64,000 nt of DNA from an uncultured virus (IMG/VR IMGVR_UViG_3300033144_005150) (Duplodnaviria > Heunggongvirae > Uroviricota > Caudoviricetes), in IMG/VR virus record IMGVR_UViG_3300033144_005150; one strand, written 5' to 3'. The position numbers were made by a program, and so were the translations under genes. Shown piece by piece: positions 44,750 to 53,044 of this stretch. The notes under the pieces are model-generated. The model was given only the letters and a program-made list of their open reading frames with translations. It ran no database searches and was not told the origin of the DNA. Position 1 is the first letter of the stretch; each line of letters begins with the position of its first letter.

Positions 44750-45868
44750 ATGGACCAACTCAACGACAAACAGCGCCAGATCATCCGTCTGGCTTTCACC
44801 AGCAAGGACCCTGAGCTCCGCCGTCGCGCGGTGGATCGGGTCATGACTGCCCGCTATACGGAGGAGTTCAAGGAGTGGGCAAACGGCCAGGGGGACGCAT
44901 TCACGCGCCAGGACACGGGCAATAAGGTGAAGTTCAACTCCCTGAGTTCTCAGGAGCAGAAGGAAGTTTACCGGCGCTACGAAGCTGGCGAGTACGAAGA
45001 CAAGGGCGGTCGCGCTGCTCCTGGTGGCGGTGAGGATAGCGGTGGAGACCGTGACCAAGGCGCTGACGATAGCGGCGGTGGCCAACATGCGAACCGCAAA
45101 GAGCTTCGTGGAAAAGGGAAGAAGAGCATGGAGGACGACGCCGGGATGAATGCGGAGGCGTTGGGCAAGATGTTCCCGGTGGAGAAACTCGAAGCAGTTG
45201 AGGATGAGGAGTGGAAGACGCTCATCCAAGACACTCTCCTTAACGGAGACTTGTCCTACGGCAAGCTCGAGGCGCTCCAGATGACTCTGCAATACATGGC
45301 CGAGAATCCGGATAAGGACTACACGAAAAACCACTGGCTCACCAAACACGCCAAACTCGATCAGGGTGAGTTGAAGAAACTCAACAAGGCCCTGGGCAAG
45401 AAACTCCAGGACGCGAAGGGACGCAAGTACAGCAGCACCGTGTTGGGGATCGCCAACAGCAACAACCTTGAAGGGGTGGACGCGGATGCCATCCACGCTT
45501 TCCGCGTGGCCAAGCCGGCTCGTGGCAAGAAACTCACCCCCGAACAGCTCAAGCAGAAGTTCCTCCAGGGTCCCTGGGGTGATGCCGAGACCAAAAAGCG
45601 GGTTCGTGAAATGGATGCCAACGAGTTCATGGCGATGCGTAACGCGATCTTCGATGAGGATGACGAAGAGGGTTTGTCATTCGACGTGGCGGCCAGCACC
45701 AAAAGCACCCTTTCCTTGTTCGATCTCCCGCCAGGTTCGGAAGACACCGACAAGGAAGCGAGCCTCACCAAAATCGGTCGCAAGATCGTTCGCATGGCTT
45801 TCAACTCCAAAGATCCAGAGGTACGACGCAAGCTGGTCCGTCGTGCCAGGGCAGAGACCACCTCCTGA
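44750..45868 (+). CDS. Hypothetical protein, paralog of the preceding C-terminal domain
   Basis: DADA...FR..KPARG...FM.M..AI shared. Confidence 0.75.
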   Translation: MDQLNDKQRQIIRLAFTSKDPELRRRAVDRVMTARYTEEFKEWANGQGDAFTRQDTGNKVKFNSLSSQEQKEVYRRYEAGEYEDKGGRAAPGGGEDSGGDRDQGADDSGGGQHANRKELRGKGKKSMEDDAGMNAEALGKMFPVEKLEAVEDEEWKTLIQDTLLNGDLSYGKLEALQMTLQYMAENPDKDYTKNHWLTKHAKLDQGELKKLNKALGKKLQDAKGRKYSSTVLGIANSNNLEGVDADAIHAFRVAKPARGKKLTPEQLKQKFLQGPWGDAETKKRVREMDANEFMAMRNAIFDEDDEEGLSFDVAASTKSTLSLFDLPPGSEDTDKEASLTKIGRKIVRMAFNSKDPEVRRKLVRRARAETTS

Positions 45869-45893
45869 CCCGAGGTTCATTGCCCTCCCGTGT

Positions 45894-45930
45894 GGCGCCT
45901 TCACCCAGGTCCGGGTGGAGGCGCCTTTTT
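45894..45930 (+). terminator. Intrinsic terminator
   Basis: GGCGCCTTCACCC/GGGTGGAGGCGCC followed by T5. Confidence 0.75.
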
Positions 45931-46026
45931 ACGTGAAATCCCCATAGCACGTCGAAATCGGGATCGCAGACCCCTCTGGGCCCTCTACGTGAAAACACGA
46001 CTCACCTGGGGTATAACACACGAGTA

Positions 46027-46605
46027 ATGGCGATCCCCGAACGCGAAACTCTGCACGATCGATACGATCGTGTTGCCGCACGACAGCGTGATTTGCTGAT
46101 CGTGAGTGCGGATGATTTTCGCGTAGACGAGTTTGGGATCTACAGCCACGAAGGCAACATGGGCATCATCGCGTGGGGCATGGCCGAGCGGAGTTTCACC
46201 GAACTCCTTCCCCTGGCGGATCGCGTGGTCGCTTTGGCCGGAGCTCCTGGCGCCGGCAAGACCACTTGGGTGAACACTTCCGGGCTCGAATCGGGCGTCC
46301 TTTACCTGGACGCGACCTTAGCGCGTCGGCTGACTCGACGGAGGGTCTGCGCGATGGCGAGCGACGCCGGCAAGGAGATCTCTTGCGTGCTCATCCACCC
46401 GAAAGTCGAGGTGTGCCTTGCGCGCAACTCGTCTCGGGGTCGTCAGGTCCCCGACGATCAGCTCCGTCGAGCGCACCACAGGTTGACGGTGTGCCCTCCT
46501 GCGACTGACGAGGGATGGTCGGAGGTCACGGTCGTCGGCGACGGTCTCGAGGCCGACAGCGGCCTCGTCGATGACAGCCTTGACAGCTCGGGCTCGGCTC
46601 TCTAG
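46027..46605 (+). CDS. P-loop kinase (polynucleotide kinase/AAA_33-like)
   Basis: GAPGAGKTT, DAT, CLARN..R.RQVP. Confidence 0.75.
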   Translation: MAIPERETLHDRYDRVAARQRDLLIVSADDFRVDEFGIYSHEGNMGIIAWGMAERSFTELLPLADRVVALAGAPGAGKTTWVNTSGLESGVLYLDATLARRLTRRRVCAMASDAGKEISCVLIHPKVEVCLARNSSRGRQVPDDQLRRAHHRLTVCPPATDEGWSEVTVVGDGLEADSGLVDDSLDSSGSAL

Positions 46606-47319
46606 TTTCGATCGGCTGTCTTCCCTCCGCGTGAATCGCGGGGGAGTACCCCATGGCAGGATGGTTCACCACCATCCGGGGGTCGAGCGGAACGTCTGCG
46701 GGCGCTGCTTACGCCGGGCATCCAGGTTCTTGGAGGAAGACCTCCGACAAGAACTCCCGGTATTGCGGCTCGCAGGTGGGGAAGCTGGGGAAACCCAGGA
46801 GGGACTACGAAGCCTCCAAGACAGTCCTGTAGATCGTCTACAGGCTAAGGTTGCACGGCAAACAAGCTGGCCCTCGAACTATCAGGGCTCTCAAGATGAC
46901 TATCTGCGCAAACCGCACCAACAAGTTCCTCGGCTCACAGGCCGAGGAGGTGTCATGCGTGGGTGGACACTCTCCTTCACCCTCTCGCTCGAACGAGAAA
47001 GCGTGCCTCGATCTCACCCCACTGGATGGCGGTGGATCGGGGCTTTCTCGTTCAGTTCTTTCAAAGAACTAAGAGTTAAGAGAGAGGGTTTAGTTGTTTG
47101 AAATAATCACACGAATACCACTGCTAATCCTGATCCCAATCCTAATCTTCATTATCCTGATACTCATCCTAGTCATACACACACCACTACTACCGAACGA
47201 AAATTGAATACCTAAGCTAGAGGACAAGGGCCATCGAAACCCTTGGGAAGACCCCCTACATGTCCAAATTCGCGGGAATCTGATCGAAAGGAATTCCGGG
47301 AACCACGGGAAAGCTGTAC

Positions 47320-47778
47320 GTGGATCGCAAGATCTTCGGTGCTGCGCCTATGGGGAACCCTTGGTTGGAGATGCCAGACAAACGCAGAGCACGGTACGGC
47401 GCTGTTGGTGGAAATCTGACTCCCCAGCAGGCCAAGAAACAATTGACGCTCCCGCTGTACGCAATGATCACCGGTCAGGCGCATGCGGAGTTTCAAGGAA
47501 GCAACCTGGCGAGCCCAGGGAGGATGGTTGCGATCGTTCCGAATAACGGAAACTGTGCGTCGCTGCCAGGGGCTCGTGGTTTCGGCTCGTCTATTCGAGT
47601 GAATGGTCGTCAGTGGCAACGAGCCGTACTCCCCGTCCTCCAGAGCCAGCAGTACACGCCAGGGACGCCGACGATCGCTGCGGTGTCGAGCGCAAACTGG
47701 ACGTACTTCCTGACCACGCTGGGTGACGCGATCGCCCAGAGTTTTTCTGATGCGGGCTACGGCCCCGTCGATAAGTAG
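47320..47778 (+). CDS. Hypothetical protein
   Basis: ORF track; start uncertain. Confidence 0.5.
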   Translation: MDRKIFGAAPMGNPWLEMPDKRRARYGAVGGNLTPQQAKKQLTLPLYAMITGQAHAEFQGSNLASPGRMVAIVPNNGNCASLPGARGFGSSIRVNGRQWQRAVLPVLQSQQYTPGTPTIAAVSSANWTYFLTTLGDAIAQSFSDAGYGPVDK

Positions 47779-47786
47779 AGTGCTGT

Positions 47787-48002
47787 ATGCCGTCGAACGT
47801 AGAACCCCCGAAGAAGAACCCTGGTGTGGAAGACGCCATCGAGCGCCCCACTGACGAAGTTGTTTGGGTGAAATGTCGAGCCCGAGCGAGTTGTGAGGGG
47901 AACATGGCGAAGGTACTTTTGAAGAAGAACATGGGGATGCAGGGGACGTGGATCCAGTACGTTTGCCAGACCTGCAAGGTCCCCTTCGGCATTAACCTGT
48001 AG
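47787..48002 (+). CDS. Small zinc-ribbon protein
   Basis: CRARASC...YVCQTC. Confidence 0.6.
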   Translation: MPSNVEPPKKNPGVEDAIERPTDEVVWVKCRARASCEGNMAKVLLKKNMGMQGTWIQYVCQTCKVPFGINL

Positions 48003-48019
48003 CGTCGGGTAAAAGGGAC

Positions 48020-48637
48020 GTGGACTCGTACCCGTCCCCCATCCTGTTTCACGGCCCTGCGGCCGAAGGAGCAGCGAAGGCAAAAGCCTCCATCATCGGA
48101 AGGCTGCTGCATGCACCGTTCGGTGCGACGGGTCTCAAGATCGCTGAGAGTCGAGAGATCGTCGAGTTGATGAACAGCGCCCCTGTTGGTGACGAGCCCG
48201 GGGTCCTCCTGATCGGTCCCATGGATCGCGCGACTCGTTCGTCACAAGACGTACTGCTCAAGAACCTCGAGGAGTTCAACGATGCGATCATTCGACCGGT
48301 CCTGTGGGCCATCGATCAAGCCGACGTGGTTTCCACGATTCGCTCCCGCTGTTTGCAGCAGTGGTGCCCTGGCCCCGATTTGTACGATGAAGACACGCTC
48401 TACCAAGCCCGTGGGGTGGTGGACTGTTCGCTGGTAGGCGACACCGCCGGCCTCGTGGAAGCCGTCAAAGACCGAGAGCCCCGACCTCTCCTGGAAGCTG
48501 CGGCTCGAGTTCTGGCCGAACGCGGCATCGACGACGACACTGCTGCCCTGTGGGGACGTGTTCGTGAGGCTCTCAGGTTCAAGCTCCCTTCTGCCAACGA
48601 ACTGCTGGCGGCCTTCCTGGAAGAGGCTGCGCCATGA
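48020..48637 (+). CDS. holB: Clamp loader delta-prime-like subunit (short)
   Basis: LFHGP, QDVLLKNLEE, TIRSRC. Confidence 0.7.
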   Translation: MDSYPSPILFHGPAAEGAAKAKASIIGRLLHAPFGATGLKIAESREIVELMNSAPVGDEPGVLLIGPMDRATRSSQDVLLKNLEEFNDAIIRPVLWAIDQADVVSTIRSRCLQQWCPGPDLYDEDTLYQARGVVDCSLVGDTAGLVEAVKDREPRPLLEAAARVLAERGIDDDTAALWGRVREALRFKLPSANELLAAFLEEAAP

Positions 48638-49638
48638 GCCAGTGGAAGCGCCCACCGCCAGTGGTCGTGCTGTCGGGATCTCACGATTACCTTCTCCAGC
48701 GCGAAGTTCGTGAAGCTGTGTCCGTAGCTGACCTCGAAGGTCGCTCCGTCGAATACGTGAAAGGGACGGATCGCGACGAGATTTCACGCATCCTCTCGAG
48801 CACGGGCGTCTTCTTTCAAGAAGAGATCCTTGTGGTCGTAGACGAGCCCGAGAACATCGACGCCGACATGGTGCTTCGTCACCACGAAAGCGGGGATACC
48901 TCGTCTGTGCTCCTGCTGCACCACAAGGGCGCCATCAAGGCCAAGACGAACCTGCACAAAGTGACGAAGGGTTTGCCCGAACGGTTCGTTGCGAAGTTCG
49001 AGAAACCCAAGCCATGGGAAGAAGCAGAACACGCTGCACGGTTTTGCGTAAACGAAGCACGCAAGTTGAAGGTGAAGATCGGCGAGCCTTTGGCGATGGC
49101 CATCGTGCAGAACACGAGCAGCGACCTGGGCATCCTCACCTTCGAGATCAAGAAGCTCGCCTATCTATTGGAATCGAGGGGGGAAACCGAGATCACTGGG
49201 CCGCACGTCAGGCAGACGATCGCGTCTTTCTCCGAACTTGGTCCAAAGCCGGTGGTCGAAGCCATCGAAAAGAGGGATCTCTCCGCGACGAGTCGGGCGC
49301 TGGCCAACATGCGACGAACTCACGCCGGTCACCTCGGGGGCGCCACTCTTTTGGCATGCGCCTGGATCGGCCGTTCAGCCGCATCTTGGATGCACGTCGC
49401 CGCACTCCACGAAGAGGGTTACAAGGTGGGTGAAATCTCCCTTAGAACTGGCCTTCACGAGTTTATGGTCCGCAAAACCTTCCTTCCGGTTGCCAGAAGG
49501 TGGGGAAAGGGGAGGTTAACCTCCCTTGTAAAATCGATTGCTGGAGTTGAGCGCTCAGTTAAATCCGGTCATCTCAGCCCTTGGGTTGAACTGGAGTGCG
49601 CCCTTTTTCGATCTCTTGAGGGAGGACTCGGTGGGTAA
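48634..49638 (+). CDS. holA: Clamp loader delta-like subunit
   Basis: VVVLSGS..YL, DL..L..EI.KL, VKSG pattern; typical length. Confidence 0.75.
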   Translation: MSQWKRPPPVVVLSGSHDYLLQREVREAVSVADLEGRSVEYVKGTDRDEISRILSSTGVFFQEEILVVVDEPENIDADMVLRHHESGDTSSVLLLHHKGAIKAKTNLHKVTKGLPERFVAKFEKPKPWEEAEHAARFCVNEARKLKVKIGEPLAMAIVQNTSSDLGILTFEIKKLAYLLESRGETEITGPHVRQTIASFSELGPKPVVEAIEKRDLSATSRALANMRRTHAGHLGGATLLACAWIGRSAASWMHVAALHEEGYKVGEISLRTGLHEFMVRKTFLPVARRWGKGRLTSLVKSIAGVERSVKSGHLSPWVELECALFRSLEGGLGG

Positions 49639-49767
49639 AGTTTTTCTCGCCGTCTGCGCTGTCGGTAGGCCGCCTATATCGTTCCCTATGTTGCGCGTGC
49701 GTCTTCAAGACCAACGCGAAGCGTACAACTTGTGAAACCCCTGCCACCGGATCGGTCGAGGCTACGG

Positions 49768-52371
49768 ATGCTCCAACCCACCGCTCAAGAAATCTCTGTC
49801 CCCAAAGACTCCCCTTCACTCTCTGCCATCACTGTGGATGCAGGAAAGAAACCGTTGGGGCCGACCGAAACGTATAGCTACGACCAGGTAGTGGCCACGA
49901 GCTTGGAGTATTTCAAGGGGGACGAGCTTGCAGCGAAGACGTGGGTTTCAAAATACGCACTCAAAAACCAGGCAGGGGATTACCTGGAAAAGACGCCGAC
50001 GGACATGCACCGGCGTTTGGCGAAAGAGTTCGCGAGGATCGAAGCGAAGTATCCGAACCCAATGAGTGAAGAGGAGATTTTTGGACTTCTCGATCGGTTC
50101 AAATACATCGTGCCGCAGGGATCGCCGATGAGTGGGATCGGCAATCATCACAAGCTCCAGAGCATCAGCAATTGTTTCGTGATCGATAGTCCCGCCGACT
50201 CGTATGGCGGGATTCTTACGACAGACCAGGAGCAGGTCCAGATCATGAAGCGTCGTGGCGGCGTGGGTTTCGACCTTTCCACGATCCGTCCCAAGGGACT
50301 GCCTACAGCCAACGCTGCACACACCACAGACGGCATCGAGATTTTCATGGATCGTTTCTCGAACTCGTGTCGCGAGGTTGCGCAGGGCGGTCGTCGAGGA
50401 GCTCTCATGCTCACCTTGGACGTTCACCATCCGCAGGTTCGGGACTTCGTGAAGATCAAACGGGATCTCAAGCGCGTCACCGGAGCCAACATCTCCCTGC
50501 GTCTTTCCGACGAATTCATGGAGGCCGTGCAGGAGCGCAAAGAAGTTCAACTTCGATGGCCCTGTGACAGCGACAAGCCCACCATCGAGGAGTACGTGGA
50601 CGCTAAAGAGCTTTGGGACGAGATCATCGAATCCGCCCACTCCTGTGCCGAGCCCGGTCTCCTGTTCTGGGGGAACGCCAAGAAGTACACGCCCTCGGAC
50701 ATTTACGAGGAAGAAGGGTTCGGCTCCATTTGCACGAACCCTTGTGGCGAGATCATCCTTTCGCCGAACGACTCATGCCGCCTGATGGTGGTGAACCTGG
50801 CCAATTTCGTCATCGACCCATTCACGGAGAACGCGGATTTCAATTGGGTGGCTTACAACGAAGTTGTCGTTAAGGCCCAGCGCCTCATGGACGACATGAT
50901 CGATCTCGAGATCGAGCAGGTGGACAAGATCCTCGCCAAGATCGAGGCCGATCCAGAGCCCGACGCGGTCAAGGCCGTGGAACTCAACCTGTGGCAGAAG
51001 ATTCGCACGGCTGCCGTCAACGGACGCCGTACGGGCCTGGGTGTCACTGCGGTCGGCGACACCGTTGCCATGATGGGGATGCGGTACGGCTCCGAAGACA
51101 GCATCACGTTCGTCGAAAACATGTACCGCGGACTGGCCGTCGGAAGTTACCGGTCATCCGTCGAGCTGGCTGGCGAGCGCGGCTGTTTCCCGGTCTACAA
51201 CTACCGCAAGGAAATTGGCCATCCCTTCATCGAGCGAATCCTTGACGCTGGTGGCCAAGAGCTTCGTGACGCTTACGAGACCCATGGTCGTCGCAACATC
51301 GCCAACACCACGACAGCCCCTTGTGGCTCGGTGTCGATCCTGACGCAAACCACCAGCGGGATCGAGCCCGTCTACACGGTCCTGTACACCCGTCGCAAGA
51401 AGATCAACCCGAACGACGAAGGCGCCTCGGTCGATTTCGTCGATGACATGGGCGACAAGTGGACAGAATTCCCTGTCCGTCACCATGGGTTCGCTCAGTG
51501 GCAAGCCATCACTGGCAAGACGGACGTGGATATCGAGGAGAGCCCCTACCACGGTGGCACCTCCAACGACGTGGATTGGGTTCAGAAGGTGAAGATGCAG
51601 GGCGCGGCCCAGAAGTACATCTGTCACGCGATCAGCAACACGACGAATCTGCCCAAAGACACCACCATCCCGACCGTCGAGGACGTGTACATGACGGCCT
51701 ACAAAGCCGGCTGCAAGGGCGTCACCATCTATGTGGATGAGTCGCGTGCCAACGTGCTCATGCAGAACAAAGAGACCAGGGAGACCGAGGAGACCTTCAA
51801 GCAGCACGATGCTCCGAAGCGTCCTGATCGTCTTCCCTGTGAGGTTCACCGGAGCCGCATCAAGGTCGGCGAGAACAAGGACGGTCCCATCATGGAGGAC
51901 TGGATTTTCTTCGTGGGGCTTTTCGAGGGCAAGCCTTTCGAGATTTTCGGTGGCACGACCGAGAACATCGAACTCCCTCGGAAGATCACCGACGGCCACA
52001 TCGTCAAGCGCACTTTCAAGGCTGGCGGCAAGTACGATTTCCACTACGGGGATCTCGACGACCCGTTCAAGATCAAGAACATCGTCCGGCAGTTCGACAA
52101 TCCGGACCAGGGGTACGTGACCCGCATGATCTCCCTGACGTTGCGTCACGGATCTCCGATTCAGTACGTCGTCGAGCAGCTCCAACGCGACAAGGACGCC
52201 GACATGTTCGCGTTCAGTCGTTGTATCGCTCGGGTGCTCAAGAAGTACATCCCCGATGGTGTGGAGTCTCGTTCGGAGAAAGTCTGCGACGACTGCGGTG
52301 CCGAAGGATCGCTGCGTTACCAGGAGGGTTGCGTGCTGTGCTCCTCCTGTGGCGCGTCCAAATGCGGGTAA
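49768..52371 (+). CDS. nrdJ: Adenosylcobalamin-dependent (class II) ribonucleotide reductase
   Basis: SNCFV, RRGA.M, TNPCGE, APCGS, C-terminal CxxC...CxxC; no beta subunit nearby. Confidence 0.9.
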   Translation: MLQPTAQEISVPKDSPSLSAITVDAGKKPLGPTETYSYDQVVATSLEYFKGDELAAKTWVSKYALKNQAGDYLEKTPTDMHRRLAKEFARIEAKYPNPMSEEEIFGLLDRFKYIVPQGSPMSGIGNHHKLQSISNCFVIDSPADSYGGILTTDQEQVQIMKRRGGVGFDLSTIRPKGLPTANAAHTTDGIEIFMDRFSNSCREVAQGGRRGALMLTLDVHHPQVRDFVKIKRDLKRVTGANISLRLSDEFMEAVQERKEVQLRWPCDSDKPTIEEYVDAKELWDEIIESAHSCAEPGLLFWGNAKKYTPSDIYEEEGFGSICTNPCGEIILSPNDSCRLMVVNLANFVIDPFTENADFNWVAYNEVVVKAQRLMDDMIDLEIEQVDKILAKIEADPEPDAVKAVELNLWQKIRTAAVNGRRTGLGVTAVGDTVAMMGMRYGSEDSITFVENMYRGLAVGSYRSSVELAGERGCFPVYNYRKEIGHPFIERILDAGGQELRDAYETHGRRNIANTTTAPCGSVSILTQTTSGIEPVYTVLYTRRKKINPNDEGASVDFVDDMGDKWTEFPVRHHGFAQWQAITGKTDVDIEESPYHGGTSNDVDWVQKVKMQGAAQKYICHAISNTTNLPKDTTIPTVEDVYMTAYKAGCKGVTIYVDESRANVLMQNKETRETEETFKQHDAPKRPDRLPCEVHRSRIKVGENKDGPIMEDWIFFVGLFEGKPFEIFGGTTENIELPRKITDGHIVKRTFKAGGKYDFHYGDLDDPFKIKNIVRQFDNPDQGYVTRMISLTLRHGSPIQYVVEQLQRDKDADMFAFSRCIARVLKKYIPDGVESRSEKVCDDCGAEGSLRYQEGCVLCSSCGASKCG

Positions 52372-52495
52372 GAGTTCCGCTCCCGTCCTGAGCGGGGGCG
52401 GTAACAGTCGGCTGGCTGTTGCTGGAGGGCGTCTCGAATGGTCGAGGCGCCCTTCTTTTTGCGTAGTCGGAGAATCTCGCGGGTAGAATCCGTAG

Positions 52496-53044
52496 ATGGC
52501 GGAAGTGGCCTACCAAGGACTCCAGATCACAGATCTGATTGGCGTTTTCTACGAAGAGAACGGCCGCATCATGGTGGCTGACGAGTTCGACGGCGCACGG
52601 GACGTGATCGAGGTCGTGCAGGCCATCGAAGCCGACGACCTGCGTCTCCTGGCCCACCACCGTCCTGTGGAGCCCATGAACAAGGAGCGGTGGGGAGGCG
52701 GCTGCTGCTTCCTCGAAAACATCGGGCACTGTCACTTCGGCCATCACGAAAAACCGTTGGACCTCTACACGTTCAACGCCGTGGGGGCCGTTCGAGTAGA
52801 AGGGATGAAGATGTTCATCGACACTCGGGAGGGCGAATCCGAAGAGTGCCTCCTGCATTTCTTGGCCGGCCACCGGTCACAGATCGTTGTTACGTCTATT
52901 CCCAACCTTGATGAGTTGGACGAGAAGGTGAAGTCGTTCGACCCTTCCAACATCGACAATCCCAACCTCGAAAACTTGACCGACCGCCTTTCTGAACTAC
53001 GCGACTTCATGTCGAAGATGAACGACCTTAAGAACAATTTGTGA
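52496..53044 (+). CDS. Hypothetical protein
   Basis: ORF track; WGGGCC...CHFGH. Confidence 0.65.
   Translation: MAEVAYQGLQITDLIGVFYEENGRIMVADEFDGARDVIEVVQAIEADDLRLLAHHRPVEPMNKERWGGGCCFLENIGHCHFGHHEKPLDLYTFNAVGAVRVEGMKMFIDTREGESEECLLHFLAGHRSQIVVTSIPNLDELDEKVKSFDPSNIDNPNLENLTDRLSELRDFMSKMNDLKNNL

Noticed and set aside
46653..46832. Third leader peptide (59 aa, Gly/Ser/Ala-rich)
   Set aside because: No matching tRNA or biosynthetic genes downstream and no attenuator helices seen.
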